Assembly: GCA_024278985.1 (NCBI GenBank) | Contig: JAJRSC010000005.1 | Span: 1 to 64,000, forward strand | Reading direction: 5' to 3' | Source: an archaeon | Lineage (GTDB): Archaea; AGJL01; Methanococci; Methanococcales; Methanocaldococcaceae | DNA length: 64,000 bases | Shown here: positions 12,207-23,744 of the stretch, one piece after another | Layout of the letters: every line of letters starts with the position of its first letter | Numbering within the stretch: position 1 is the first letter of the stretch | Made by a program: the position numbers and the translations under genes | The notes under the pieces: model-generated | Database searches by the model: none | Told to the model about the DNA's origin: nothing | Seen by the model: only the letters and a program-made list of their open reading frames with translations

Positions 12207-12830
12207 TTGATAATTATGTTCCTCTTTGTAAATTCTGATGAGCAATATATATTAAATAAATTTAAGGAACTGATAGATTTGGGAGTAGTGGAGCTCAATT
12301 TATTAAAAGAGTTTATGAAAAATAGAAAAAATACTAAAATAGTTAATAACATTATAATATTAGAAGAAAAAGGTGATTTAATAACTAAAGATATAAAGAT
12401 ACGCTTAGAAAAAGCATTTCTTCCAAATATTAGAGGAAATTTATCTAAAGCTGTTGAACTTTTAGATGAGACCTTGGATAATATAAAACATGCCTCACTA
12501 CTATTAGAGTTAGCTAATAAATTATATTTTGAGGAAAGAATTAATGAGATTCTTAATATAACTGAAGAGATGTATTATTATTTAAAACAAATTATTGATA
12601 TATTTGTTGAAGGTGGAGATATAAATAATCCTATAAGAGAAATTAAAAAAAGAGAAAAAGATATTGATATAATTTATTTCAATAAAATATATAAAAATAT
12701 TATAAACATTGAAGTTAAAACTTTTTGGGAAGGTAAAATAATAAGTGATTTTATTGGAAATATTGTAAAAATAAGTGATTTAATTGAAGATATTGCTGAT
12801 GAATTACAAATAATATATTTAAATGTGTGA
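12207..12830 (+). CDS. DUF47/PhoU-like phosphate transport regulator
   Basis: EEKGD...REKDID...ISDLIEDIAD helical repeats; upstream of PiT gene. Confidence 0.8.
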   Translation: MIIMFLFVNSDEQYILNKFKELIDLGVVELNLLKEFMKNRKNTKIVNNIIILEEKGDLITKDIKIRLEKAFLPNIRGNLSKAVELLDETLDNIKHASLLLELANKLYFEERINEILNITEEMYYYLKQIIDIFVEGGDINNPIREIKKREKDIDIIYFNKIYKNIINIEVKTFWEGKIISDFIGNIVKISDLIEDIADELQIIYLNV

Positions 12831-13704
12831 TAACATAGAGATTCTTTTAGCATATATTCTTCTTTTTATATTAGGAATTAACAACTCTGCCAATGACATT
12901 GGATTAGCATATGGATGTAAATTTAGCTATAAAAGGTTAGTATTATTATTCTCATTTTTTGTTATTTTAGGAACATTTTTTGCTTATAAAGTAGGAAAAA
13001 CTGTAAATTCTATTTCCACATATCCATTTTTATCTTTAACCATAACAACTCTTATATTAGTTGTTTCTAATTATTTAAGAGTTCCAATATCTATTCATAC
13101 ATTAATAATATCATCACTTGCTGGGTTAGGATTTGAAAAAGTTAATTATAGTATAATTTTTAATATTATACTAAGTTGGATATTATCTCCTTTATTAGCT
13201 TTAATAATGGCCTATATATTATATATTATATATGAAAATCTTTCTCTACCCTTACTAAAAAAGATAAATTTTATTAAAATTATGCTACTCCTATCTTCAG
13301 GATTAATAGCCTTTAATCTTGGAAGTAACGACCTACCTACAATTTTAGGATTATATACTACTTCTCTAACATTGTATTTAATAGGTGGATTGTGTATTAG
13401 TCTTGGAGCATTATTTGGAAAAAATATATCAGAAACATTAACTAAGATAACAAATTTATCAACTTCGACAGCATTTATTGCACAATTTTCAGGAGGTGTT
13501 TCGGTTTTATTATTCACTTATTTAGGACTACCTGTTTCAACAACTTATGCAATTGTTGGAGGAATTGTTGGAGTTGGATTAACTAAAGGTATTAAGACAA
13601 TAAAGTTTAAGATTTTAAAAAAAGTTATTTTATGGTGGATATTTGCCCCAATTTTTGCATTCTTATTAGGAGTAATTTTTTCATTGATAATAAAGAATTA
13701 TTAG
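12823..13704 (+). CDS. Inorganic phosphate transporter (PiT family)
   Basis: GINNSAND, GSND, PVSTTYAIVGGIVGVG. Confidence 0.9.
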   Translation: MCDNIEILLAYILLFILGINNSANDIGLAYGCKFSYKRLVLLFSFFVILGTFFAYKVGKTVNSISTYPFLSLTITTLILVVSNYLRVPISIHTLIISSLAGLGFEKVNYSIIFNIILSWILSPLLALIMAYILYIIYENLSLPLLKKINFIKIMLLLSSGLIAFNLGSNDLPTILGLYTTSLTLYLIGGLCISLGALFGKNISETLTKITNLSTSTAFIAQFSGGVSVLLFTYLGLPVSTTYAIVGGIVGVGLTKGIKTIKFKILKKVILWWIFAPIFAFLLGVIFSLIIKNY

Positions 13705-13820
13705 ATTTAATAATTGGGGTGGTTATTAAATTCATAAAAATAAAATTTAGAAATATTTTTAAAGAATTTATTTTTAATATTTTTCTAATTCTTTTATTTA
13801 AAACATAATAGGGAAAGAGT

Positions 13821-14792
13821 ATGCTAAAACATATAGTCAATTAGATAAAAAACTTTGAAGGAGTTATACGAAAAAGGGCTATAAAAGATATTATAAAAAA
13901 TTTGGAAATTTTATATGATGATTATGAATTTGATATTATTGTTGATTATGGAGATGATGCAGCAGCTATTGGTATAGATAATGAAACTGCTATATTATTA
14001 GCAGCAGATGGTATTTGGGGTAAATTATTAGAAAAAGATCCTTGGTGGGCAGGATATTGCTCTGTTTTAGTTAATTGTATGGATATTGCGGCAATGGGGG
14101 GGAAACCAATAGGAATGACAAATATCTTAACTATAAAAGATAAAAATGTCTGTATGGAAGTTTTAAGAGGAGTAAAAGATGGTATAAAAAAGTTTAGTAT
14201 TCCTATGGTAGGAGGACATACACACCCTGACGGAGCATGTAATGTTTTAGATGTTGCAATAACAGGAATAGCTAAAAGAGATAAACTACTAAGAAGTGAC
14301 ACTGCAAGGGTAGGGGATAAGATTGTGTTTGCCTATGATTTAGATGGTAGAATTTATAAATCATTTCCATTAAATTGGGACACTACTACAATGAAACCAA
14401 GGAAGTTAATTAAAGCACAGTTGGAGGCCATGGTCTATATTGCTGAAAATAGATTAGCAAACTCCTGTAAGGATATAAGTAATCCAGGAGCTATTGGAAC
14501 CTTAGGAATGCTATTAGAGGCATCAAATAAGGGGGGAATAGTAAATATTTACAAGATTCCTAAGCCAGAAGATATAGATTTAGTACATTGGTTAAAGGTA
14601 TATCCAGGTAGTGGTTTTGTTTTAACAACAACTGAGGAAAATTTTAAAGAGTTAAAAAAGGTTTTTGAAGATGTTAATATAACAGCTGAAATTTGTGGAG
14701 AAGTAAAAAAAGAAAGAAAATTATATATTACTGATGGAAATGAAAAAGAGTTAGTGTTTGATTTTGAGAAAGAATATATATGTGGTTGTTAA
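13821..14792 (+). CDS. Methanogenesis marker protein 2 (AIR synthase-like); in-frame TAG at codon 8
   Basis: GDDAAA, VNCMDIAAMGG, GGHTHPD, KDISNPG. Frame opens at ATG 13821 (MLKHIVN*IKNFEGVIRK) with TAG at 13842-13844; the ORF track starts at TTG 13902. Confidence 0.85.
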
Positions 14793-15517
14793 TCTAAAAA
14801 GTTAAATCTTCTTTTAATTCCATTATACAAATCAATTATATTACCATTTAAAAATGCACTCATTGTATATACAACTCCAGGTGGAAGAATCTCAATTTTA
14901 TCTCCATTTTTTATAAAATAAAGATTATCAAAACTTAACAGGGCTCCAAATATTACACAAGAAAGTTTTTTTATATCTTCTAACTCTTTAACTGGAATAA
15001 CAACAACAGGGTCATCAGTTTCATCTCCAACATAACCAAGTCCTTCAATTTCTTTTTTATTAACTGAAGAAGTAGCATTATATCCAAGTTTTTTAGATAT
15101 AGTTTCAACATATAGGGCCATGTCATTAACTAAACTTTCCCCTCCATATGTATCAAAAGCAACAATAATAGCATCCCCATATTTAGATATTGCCTTAGTA
15201 TAGGTATAAGAAATTCCTTCTTTAGCATCATCCTTATTTTTTGAGACTCCCTTTAAGTCATCAAAATTTTTAGCATATTTATATAAAATATCATAAACCA
15301 ATTTATTATGCTTTTCTAAAAGAGTTTCATGGATTAAGGAAGTGATGACAATATCATCTCCTGTAATATTAGAGACTCTACTTAAAATATTATATTTTTT
15401 AAGCTCTTTTAATGAGTTATCTATTTTTTTTACTATTTCTTTATCTGCTTCAACATCATTATCAAATATATCCACTCCCATACTGACAATATACATAATT
15501 TTCACAAAATTATTCAT
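14789..15517 (-). CDS. Hypothetical protein
   Basis: 242-aa ORF with protein-like composition (AFDTYGGE, GYVGDETDDPV); function not recognised. Confidence 0.75.
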   Translation of the reverse strand: MNNFVKIMYIVSMGVDIFDNDVEADKEIVKKIDNSLKELKKYNILSRVSNITGDDIVITSLIHETLLEKHNKLVYDILYKYAKNFDDLKGVSKNKDDAKEGISYTYTKAISKYGDAIIVAFDTYGGESLVNDMALYVETISKKLGYNATSSVNKKEIEGLGYVGDETDDPVVVIPVKELEDIKKLSCVIFGALLSFDNLYFIKNGDKIEILPPGVVYTMSAFLNGNIIDLYNGIKRRFNFLD

Positions 15518-15580
15518 TATATTAACTTACTATAATAACCTAATTTATATAAAAGAGTTATTATTAAAAAAAATAAAATT

Positions 15581-16867
15581 TTATAAAAGATGTGGAGGTA
15601 CTAAATCTTTAGATATTAAATCTGCATAAGTTTCTTTTTCTCTTATTATAAAGGTTCCTTTTTTAGAGGTTAAAATCATTCTTGGCCTTCCTCTTGCATT
15701 GTAGTTGTTTGCCATACTTATACCATAAGCCCCAACATCAAAGATAACTAAAATGTCTCCAACTTCTACCTCATCAAGCTCTCTATCCCTTCCAAAAATA
15801 TCACTACTTTCACATAATCCTCCTGCTATACTAACAACCTCTTTTTTATCTTTAACTTTAGCATTTATTATATGATGACATGCATCATACATAGCAGGTC
15901 TAAGCATATCATTCATCCCAGCATCAACCATAACCCACTTACATGATGTTTCTTTAATATGATGAACCTTAGTTATTAAATATCCAGCTGTTCCTACAAT
16001 GCTCCTACCTGGCTCTAATATAAGGTTAGGAATCTCTACCTTATCTTCAAATTCATATATTGTATTAATTATGGCATTTGCATAGTCATCAACAGTTGGA
16101 ATTTTTTTATCCTTTTCATATGGTATTCCTAAACCACCACCTAAGTTTAAATCTCTAACTTCAATATTTTCCTCTTTTAATTTTACTATAAATTCCATCA
16201 TTTTTTTAGTTTCTTCAATAAATGGAGATATATCAGTTATCTGAGAACCAATATGGCAATGTAATCCTACAAAATTAACATTTTCTAAGTCATTGGCAAG
16301 TTTTATAGCTTTGATTGCCAAATCTGTTGGTAGTCCAAATTTACTCTTTTTTAAGCCAGTTGATATTTTAGGGTGAGTTTTTGGGTCAATATCTGGATTT
16401 ACTCTAAAAGCCACATTGGCAACTTTTCCTAATTTTTTAGCAATATCATTAATCATTAACAACTCAGAAATAGAATCTACATTAAAAGCTCTAATTTCAC
16501 TCTCAACACCCATTATAATCTCTTCCAATGTTTTACAGTTACCATTAAATACAATCTTATCCCTATCAACATTTGATAACTTAGCAATATACAACTCTCC
16601 ACCACTAACTACATCAGCTCCTGCTCCAAGTTTAGATAATAATTTTGTTATAGCTAAGTTAGAATTTGCCTTATAGGCATAGGCTAAAATGAACTCTTTT
16701 TTATAATTTTTAAAAGCATTAAAATATTTTTCACAGTTTATTTTAATTTGTTCCTCTGAAATAATATAAAGAGGTGTTCCATACTTCTCTGCAAGGTCTA
16801 TAACATCATAACCATCTATTTTAACTCTACCATTATCAACTGTTAAAGTATCATTTCCTAAAAACAT
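15581..16867 (-). CDS. lysA: Diaminopimelate decarboxylase
   Basis: YAYKAN, HCHIGSQ, EPGR, CESSD; ATG after GGTGA RBS. Confidence 0.96.
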   Translation of the reverse strand: MFLGNDTLTVDNGRVKIDGYDVIDLAEKYGTPLYIISEEQIKINCEKYFNAFKNYKKEFILAYAYKANSNLAITKLLSKLGAGADVVSGGELYIAKLSNVDRDKIVFNGNCKTLEEIIMGVESEIRAFNVDSISELLMINDIAKKLGKVANVAFRVNPDIDPKTHPKISTGLKKSKFGLPTDLAIKAIKLANDLENVNFVGLHCHIGSQITDISPFIEETKKMMEFIVKLKEENIEVRDLNLGGGLGIPYEKDKKIPTVDDYANAIINTIYEFEDKVEIPNLILEPGRSIVGTAGYLITKVHHIKETSCKWVMVDAGMNDMLRPAMYDACHHIINAKVKDKKEVVSIAGGLCESSDIFGRDRELDEVEVGDILVIFDVGAYGISMANNYNARGRPRMILTSKKGTFIIREKETYADLISKDLVPPHLL

Positions 16868-16996
16868 TTTTTTCACCACTTTAAAATTTTAGAAGTATTA
16901 AAATGAAATAAGTGAGATATTTTTATATATCTTTTCTATTTTTTAAGTATTTAACCTAACTACATTAAAATTATATTATATAACCAAGGTGAGAAT

Positions 16997-18271
16997 ATGG
17001 GAATGACTATTGTTGAGAAAATATTAGCTAAAGCATCTGGAAAAAAAGAGGTTTCTCCTGGAGATATAGTTATGGCTAAAATAGATAGAGCTATGGTTCA
17101 TGATATCACTGGACCATTAACTGTTAAAGTTTTAGAGGAGTATGGAATTAATAAAGTTTGGGATAATGAGAAAATAGTTATTTTATTTGACCATCAAGTT
17201 CCTGCTGATAGTATAACAGCAGCTAATAATCATATATTAATGAGAAATTTCGTTAAGAAGCATAATATAAAATATTTCTATGATATTAGAGAGGGTGTAT
17301 GTCATCAAGTTCTTCCAGAAAAGGGACATATTGCCCCAGGTGAGGTTATTGTTGGAGCTGATTCACACACATGCACACATGGAGCTTTAGGTGCATTTTC
17401 TACAGGAATTGGTTCAACTGATATGGCATATGTATTTACTACTGGAGAACTTTGGTTTAAAGTTCCAGAAACTTTATATTTCAATATTACAGGAGAGCTT
17501 AAACCATATGTTACATCAAAAGATGTTATTTTATCAATAATTGGAGAAGTTGGTGTAGATGGGGCTACATATAAAGCTTGTCAATTTGGTGGAGAAACAG
17601 TAAAAAATATGAGCATTTCCTCAAGAATGACAATGACAAATATGGCAATAGAAATGGGAGGTAAGACAGGAATTATTGAACCTGATGAAAAAACAATACA
17701 GTATGTAAAAGATGCTATGAAAAAGCATAACACTGAGAGAAAATTTGAAGTTATAAAAGGAGATGAAGATGCAGAATTTGAAGAAGTTTATGAAATAGAA
17801 GCAGATAAGATAGAGCCAGTTTTTGCATGTCCTCACAATGTAGATAATGTTAAGCAATGTAGGGAAGTTGCAGGAAAACCAATAGACCAGGTATTTATAG
17901 GAAGTTGTACAAATGGAAGATTTGAGGACTTAAAAATGGCTATTGAAGTTATAGAAAAAGCTGGTGGAATAGCAGATAATGTTAGAGTTATAGTAACTCC
18001 TGCTTCAAGAGAAGAATATCTAAAAGCATTAAAAGCTGGAATTATTGAGAAATTTTTAAAATATGGATGTGTTGTAACAAATCCATCATGTTCTGCCTGT
18101 ATGGGGTCTTTATATGGAGTATTAGGAGATGGAGAAGTTTGTGTTTCTACATCTAACAGAAACTTTAAAGGAAGACAAGGTTCTTTAAATGCAGAGATTT
18201 ATTTAGCATCTCCTATAACTGCAGCAGCATGTGCTGTTAAAGGAGAACTTACAGACCCAAGAGATTTATAA
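16997..18271 (+). CDS. leuC: 3-isopropylmalate/citramalate dehydratase large subunit
   Basis: [30 protein letters not shown]; LeuC versus HacA paralogue not certain. Confidence 0.85.
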   Translation: MGMTIVEKILAKASGKKEVSPGDIVMAKIDRAMVHDITGPLTVKVLEEYGINKVWDNEKIVILFDHQVPADSITAANNHILMRNFVKKHNIKYFYDIREGVCHQVLPEKGHIAPGEVIVGADSHTCTHGALGAFSTGIGSTDMAYVFTTGELWFKVPETLYFNITGELKPYVTSKDVILSIIGEVGVDGATYKACQFGGETVKNMSISSRMTMTNMAIEMGGKTGIIEPDEKTIQYVKDAMKKHNTERKFEVIKGDEDAEFEEVYEIEADKIEPVFACPHNVDNVKQCREVAGKPIDQVFIGSCTNGRFEDLKMAIEVIEKAGGIADNVRVIVTPASREEYLKALKAGIIEKFLKYGCVVTNPSCSACMGSLYGVLGDGEVCVSTSNRNFKGRQGSLNAEIYLASPITAAACAVKGELTDPRDL

Positions 18272-18328
18272 ACCCCTTTTTATAATATTAATAAAAAATA
18301 AAATATTAAAAATCTTCAAGGTGAGAGT

Positions 18329-19318
18329 TTGAAAATCTTTTATGACAACGATGTAACTTATGATGCTGTTAAAGATAAGGTTATAGCAGTTATTGGATAT
18401 GGTAGTCAAGGAAGAGCTCAGTCATTAAATATGAAAGACAGTGGGCTTAATGTTATTGTTGGATTAAGACCAGAAGGAGCATCATGGAAAAAAGCATTAA
18501 ATGATGGACACAAAGTTTTAACTATTGAAGAGGCAGCAAAAGAGGCAGATATTATACACCTCTTAATCCCTGATGAGGTCCAGCCAACTGTTTATAAAAA
18601 AAAGATAGAGCCATATTTAACTGAAGGTAAAACTTTAAGCTTTTCCCATGGTTATAATATTCACTATGGTTTAATTGTTCCTCCTGAAAATGTAAATGTT
18701 ACAATGGTTGCTCCAAAATCTCCTGGAGCTATGGTTAGAAAGACATATTTAGATGGTTTTGGAGTACCTGGATTAGTAGCAGTTGAACAAGATTATACTG
18801 GAAATGCTTTAGATATAGCATTAGGAATGGCAAAAGGAATAGGTTTAACAAGAGTAGGAGTTATAAAAACCATATTTAAAGAAGAAACAGAGACAGATTT
18901 ATTTGGAGAGCAAGTAGTATTATGTGGAGGAGTAACAGAACTTATTAAGGCTGCATTTGAGACATTAGTTGAAGCAGGATATAGCCCAGAGATGGCATAT
19001 TTCGAGACATGTCATGAGTTAAAGTTAATTGTTGATTTAATTTATCAAAAAGGATTACAAGGGATGTGGGAAAACGTATCTAATACTGCCGAATATGGTG
19101 GCTTAACAAGAAGACAGAGAGTTATAAATGAAGAGTCAAGAAAAGCAATGAAAGAGATATTAAAAGAAATCCAAGATGGAAGATTTGCAACAGAATGGAG
19201 ATTAGAAAATATTGCTGGAAAACCACATTTAAATGCTTTGAGAAGATTAGAAAAAGAACATTTAATTGAAAAAGTTGGTAAAAAATTAAGAAAGATGTGT
19301 GGATTAGAAAAAATGTAA
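18329..19318 (+). CDS. ilvC: Ketol-acid reductoisomerase
   Basis: [22 protein letters not shown]. Confidence 0.97.
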   Translation: MKIFYDNDVTYDAVKDKVIAVIGYGSQGRAQSLNMKDSGLNVIVGLRPEGASWKKALNDGHKVLTIEEAAKEADIIHLLIPDEVQPTVYKKKIEPYLTEGKTLSFSHGYNIHYGLIVPPENVNVTMVAPKSPGAMVRKTYLDGFGVPGLVAVEQDYTGNALDIALGMAKGIGLTRVGVIKTIFKEETETDLFGEQVVLCGGVTELIKAAFETLVEAGYSPEMAYFETCHELKLIVDLIYQKGLQGMWENVSNTAEYGGLTRRQRVINEESRKAMKEILKEIQDGRFATEWRLENIAGKPHLNALRRLEKEHLIEKVGKKLRKMCGLEKM

Positions 19319-19425
19319 AAAATAAGTAAAAAATAATTTTATAATCCCTAAATATTAATATTTTTTAAAAAATAAATTAAAAAAATAAAAACAAAAAGAG
19401 TAATTAAAAAATCAATTTATTTACT

Positions 19426-19545
19426 TTATGATAGTATAACTGATACAATTGTTAAGATAATCATAAATGCCAATATATACCCAAGTATTTTAGCTATTGT
19501 ACTTCTATATGCTCTTAAAATATCTTTCTTTATATTGGCCTTCAT
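19426..19545 (-). CDS. Small single-TM protein, 39 aa (not in ORF track)
   Basis: MKANIKKDILRAYRSTIAKILGYILAFMIILTIVSVILS*; GTGAT RBS-like sequence upstream; fills an intergenic gap. Confidence 0.6.
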   Translation of the reverse strand: MKANIKKDILRAYRSTIAKILGYILAFMIILTIVSVILS

Positions 19546-19644
19546 AAAGTATCACTACTAATTTTTTTATTGATTATTATTTTAAAAAACTAATATTTAT
19601 AGATATTTGTTCATGAAAAATCATGATGATAAATAATGACAAAT

Positions 19645-20328
19645 TTACTTAAAAGCACTCATTAATGTCCAGGCTTCTTTTCCAGTTATAAAAGCCCTAT
19701 TTACTAATCTTTTAAAAATAATCTTACATAATCTTTTTTTATGTTCTGGAAGATTTTTTTTATCTATAAATTCATTAAATTTTTTTATTAGTAGTTCTTT
19801 ATCTTCTTTTGATGCTTCCCTTATATTTATATCTTCAAATTTGTTATTTATTTTTTTACAATACAATTCATAAAGCACAACAGCAACAGCATGGGATAAG
19901 TTCATTATTGGATATTTTTTAGATGTTGGAATAGATAAAAGAAGGTCACATTTTTCAACTTCCTCATTTCTTAAACCATCATCTTCTCTTCCAAAAACTA
20001 TCCCTATATTTCCATTAATAGAGTATATTTTATCTGCTAACTCTTTTGGTGTTATTGGAACTCTTTTTAAATTTCTATCTCCACCTCTTGCTCCTGAAGT
20101 AGCAATAATAAAATCTAAATCTTCAATTGCTTCATCAAAATTGTTATAAAATTTTGCAGATTCTAATATATCTCTTGCATGCATTGCCATCATTTTTGCT
20201 TCATCATTTATTATTTCTCTACTCCCTACAATTCTTAAATCATAAAAATCAAAATTTTTCATAACCCTACATATACTCCCTACATTCCCAGAGTATTTTG
20301 GTTCAACTAAAATAATAGATATGTTCAT
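19645..20328 (-). CDS. trmJ: TrmJ/LasT family SPOUT RNA methyltransferase
   Basis: GNVGSICRVMKNF, FGREDDGL, MNLSHAVAV. Confidence 0.88.
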   Translation of the reverse strand: MNISIILVEPKYSGNVGSICRVMKNFDFYDLRIVGSREIINDEAKMMAMHARDILESAKFYNNFDEAIEDLDFIIATSGARGGDRNLKRVPITPKELADKIYSINGNIGIVFGREDDGLRNEEVEKCDLLLSIPTSKKYPIMNLSHAVAVVLYELYCKKINNKFEDINIREASKEDKELLIKKFNEFIDKKNLPEHKKRLCKIIFKRLVNRAFITGKEAWTLMSAFK

Positions 20329-20903
20329 CTTATCATCCCATAAATTACATATGCAACTCCAACAATAAATGCCAAATGAGGAATATTAAAAATAGCTAAA
20401 ACTATTGCCAATAAAAAAATTACAATACCTAATTTATTTTTAAATTTAGGATATCTTATATCACTAATCATAAGGAATCCTAATATAAAGGCAAATATTA
20501 TAGATAACTTTCCAAAGAGTTGTATAGAAGAAACTAAAATTAAGGCACCTGCTGGAATAGGTAGACCAATAAATTCATTTGATTTAATTATATTAAATCT
20601 TGCCAATCTTAAAATACCACATAGTAAGAAAAAGAGACCTGCAAATATTGAGATTAAAGAAGAGTTATATAAAAAATATGCAGGAACTAAACCAAAACTT
20701 ATAGCATCTGCCAAACTATCTAAATTAGCTCCAAACTCACTAACAGTATTTGTTTTCCTGGCAACATACCCATCTAAAGAATCAAAAATAATTGATAAAT
20801 AAATAAGATTGGGAATATATAAAATAAGTCCTAAAAAACTAAAAATAACACTTAATAAAGTAATATAGTCAGATATTGTTATTAATTTTCTGATACTTAG
20901 CAT
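20325..20903 (-). CDS. pssA: Archaetidylserine (CDP-alcohol) synthase
   Basis: DSLDGYVAR...GANLDSLADAISFG; LRLARFN. Confidence 0.9.
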   Translation of the reverse strand: MLSIRKLITISDYITLLSVIFSFLGLILYIPNLIYLSIIFDSLDGYVARKTNTVSEFGANLDSLADAISFGLVPAYFLYNSSLISIFAGLFFLLCGILRLARFNIIKSNEFIGLPIPAGALILVSSIQLFGKLSIIFAFILGFLMISDIRYPKFKNKLGIVIFLLAIVLAIFNIPHLAFIVGVAYVIYGMIR

Positions 20904-20930
20904 AAAATTCCCTACATAATTTAAAGATTA

Positions 20931-21449
20931 TTATTTTTTATTTTTTAGAACTTCTAAGATTTTCTCTAATATTATTTTATAAACTTCATCTCTATTACTT
21001 AATGTTAAATAATAAACTTTACCATAATCTTTAAACTCAGAGACATAGTTTCTATGTAGGGTGTAGATTTGTGGTTTATCAAGTTTTAATAAATCATATA
21101 TTTTTTCTCTAAATTTTTCACTTTTAAATTCCATTTCTCCAAGTTCATCAACTATTATTACATCCTTATCTTTAGCTCTTTCTAAGCAATTTAGTCCAAA
21201 AGTTTCAAGATTTTCAATAAACACCTTATATTTACCAACTTTTATCTTTCCTTCTCCAACATATGCTAATAATTTCTCTTCTCCAGTCTCCAAATCAACC
21301 ATTTTAAATCCAACTCTTTTATTATCTTTTCTAATTTCTTTTGTTATAAATCCTCCCACACTATAGCCCATTTCTTTAAGTTTATTTGCCAATTTTTCAA
21401 CTAATGTTGTTTTTCCAATTCCTGGGTCACTGGATATAAAGATTTTCAT
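20931..21449 (-). CDS. Nucleoside triphosphatase (THEP1 family)
   Basis: PGIGKTT, GGFITKEIR, VDELGEME. Confidence 0.9.
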   Translation of the reverse strand: MKIFISSDPGIGKTTLVEKLANKLKEMGYSVGGFITKEIRKDNKRVGFKMVDLETGEEKLLAYVGEGKIKVGKYKVFIENLETFGLNCLERAKDKDVIIVDELGEMEFKSEKFREKIYDLLKLDKPQIYTLHRNYVSEFKDYGKVYYLTLSNRDEVYKIILEKILEVLKNKK

Positions 21450-22741
21450 TTTATCAACTCTTCAAATTTAATCATTGCATTAATAACTTTATAATCCTCA
21501 AATGGTTTAGCCATTATTTGTAAGCCTACTGGAATTCCATTTATTTCTCCAGCTTTAACTGTCCCTGCAGGAAGACCACATAAATTGGCAATAACAGTTA
21601 AAACATCATAACTATACATTTCTATAGGAGTTAATTTTTCTCCAAGTTTATGAGGTAGTTTTGGAACAGTTGGAGCTAAAATAACATCAATATCCTTTAA
21701 TATTCTACTCATTTCTTTTCTCATTAAATTCCTTGCTTTTAATGCCTTTTTATAATATTTTCCACTATACTCTTTTTGACTAATTAAGGAACCTATAGTT
21801 ATTCTTCTTAAAACCTCTTCTCCACATACCTCTTCTATCCTATATCCATACCTTCTACCATCATATCTTCTTGTTGCTGAGAAAAATTCAACATAGTTAA
21901 TTAAGTAGTATGTTGGTAGTGCTAAATCTACATAAGGATAGTTAAGATATTCTATTTCACAGCCAATATCTTTAAAAATTTCAATACTTTTTTCTATTAT
22001 TTCTCTTATTTTTTTATCTGCTACATTTAAAAACTCTTCAACAACTCCAATTTTAAATTTCATATCTTTCTTTTCTATATCAGGAATATTAACTGTTGTT
22101 GTATCTTTTTAATCTTCTCCTTTAATAATATTCATAATATTTAAGATATCTTCTGAGTTTTTTGTTAAAGGTCCAATTTGGTCCAAACTCATAGCTAAAT
22201 CTGCTAATCCATATCTACTAACTACTCCATAACTTGGTTTAAATCCAACAACTCCACAATGAGATGCTGGATTTCTTATACTCCCTCCAGTATCTGAACC
22301 TAATGAAAAGTCACATAAATCTGCTGCAACTGCTGCAGCACTACCACTTGAAGAACCTCCTGGGATTCTATCCTTAGCAACCGGATTTTTTGTTGGACCA
22401 AAATAAGAAGTCTCCCCACTACTTCCACAAGCAAATTCATCCATATTTGTTATTCCAATTATCAAAGCTCCAGCTTCTTTTAGTTTTTCAACAACTGTCG
22501 CATTGTAAGGAGCAATATAATTTTCTAAAGTTTTAGAAGCACAAGATATTACAAAACCTTCAACATTGATATTTGCTTTTATAGCTACTATCTTCCCATA
22601 TAATGGTTTTTTCTTTGCTTTTTCATCTTTTTCTAACTTTTTAGCTTCATTTATAATATTTTTATTAATTTCTAAAAAAGCATTCAAATCTTTATTTTTT
22701 TCAATTTTGTCTAAATATTCCTCAACTTTTTCAACTATCAT
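21446..22741 (-). pseudogene. gatA: Glu-tRNA(Gln)/Asp-tRNA(Asn) amidotransferase subunit A, interrupted as sequenced by one in-frame TAA
   Basis: Amidase signature GGSSSGS, GSDTGGSIR. The two track ORFs are in frame, joined by GED*KDTTTVNIPDIEKKD with TAA at 22109-22111. Confidence 0.9.
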
Positions 22742-22751
22742 AATATCTCCC

Positions 22752-23744
22752 TCAGCAAACTCTTGGTATTGGGTCACCAATTGGTGGGTCTATAATTCTT
22801 TTTCCTATTCCTGTATCTAATAAAACACCCTTATGTTCTTTTGTAGCATATCCAATAATTTCTGCATTTTTTCCATATTTATGTTCTCTCAATATTTCTA
22901 AAACATCATTTGCATCTTTTTTATCAACAGCTATAATCACCTTTCCCTCATTTGCAATAATTAATGGATCTAAGCCAAGAATATCACATATTCCTTTAAC
23001 TTCCTCACTAATTGGTATTTTATCTTCATAAATTGTTATTCCAATTCCACTTTTCTCAGATAATTCATTTAAAGCATTTGCTAAACCTCCCCTTGTTGGG
23101 TCCTTCATTGCATGAACATTATAGTCTAAAATTGGTTCAATCATTTTATTTAATGGAGCTACATCAGATTTTATATTTATATCAAACTCAAAACCTTCCC
23201 TTTCTAATAATATTGCTAATCCATGCTCTGCAATGTTTCCAGATATGATAATAGCATCTCCCTCTTTAATATTACTGTCCTTACATAATTTTTTAACTAT
23301 TCCAACTCCAGAGGTGTTAATTATAATATCATCAACTCCATCACTAACCTTAGTATCTCCAGTTATAATTGGAACATCTGCCTCTAGAGATGTGTCATTT
23401 ATTGACTTCATAATTTTTTCTAAAACACTTGAGTCAAATCCTTCAGGAATTATAAATGAGAGAGTCAATGCTAATGGTTTAGCTCCAACAACAGACAAAT
23501 CATTAACTGTTCCTGAAATAGATAACCTCCCAATATCCCCTCCTCTAAAAAATATTGGTTTTACAGTATAACTATCTGTTGTAATGGCTATTTCATTGTT
23601 AAGTATATTTATTGTTGATGAATCATCTAAATCATCCAAACCTAAAGTTCCGGCTCTTTTTAATGTTAAATTATTTAAAATAATATCTTTTATTAATTCC
23701 TGCATTACACTGCCTCCAGCTCCATGAAGTTTTGTAATCTTCAA
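22752..23744 (-). CDS. hypE: Hydrogenase maturation protein HypE
   Basis: HGAGG, TGDTKV, DPTRGG, C-terminal PRVC. Confidence 0.96.
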   Translation of the reverse strand: MKITKLHGAGGSVMQELIKDIILNNLTLKRAGTLGLDDLDDSSTINILNNEIAITTDSYTVKPIFFRGGDIGRLSISGTVNDLSVVGAKPLALTLSFIIPEGFDSSVLEKIMKSINDTSLEADVPIITGDTKVSDGVDDIIINTSGVGIVKKLCKDSNIKEGDAIIISGNIAEHGLAILLEREGFEFDINIKSDVAPLNKMIEPILDYNVHAMKDPTRGGLANALNELSEKSGIGITIYEDKIPISEEVKGICDILGLDPLIIANEGKVIIAVDKKDANDVLEILREHKYGKNAEIIGYATKEHKGVLLDTGIGKRIIDPPIGDPIPRVC

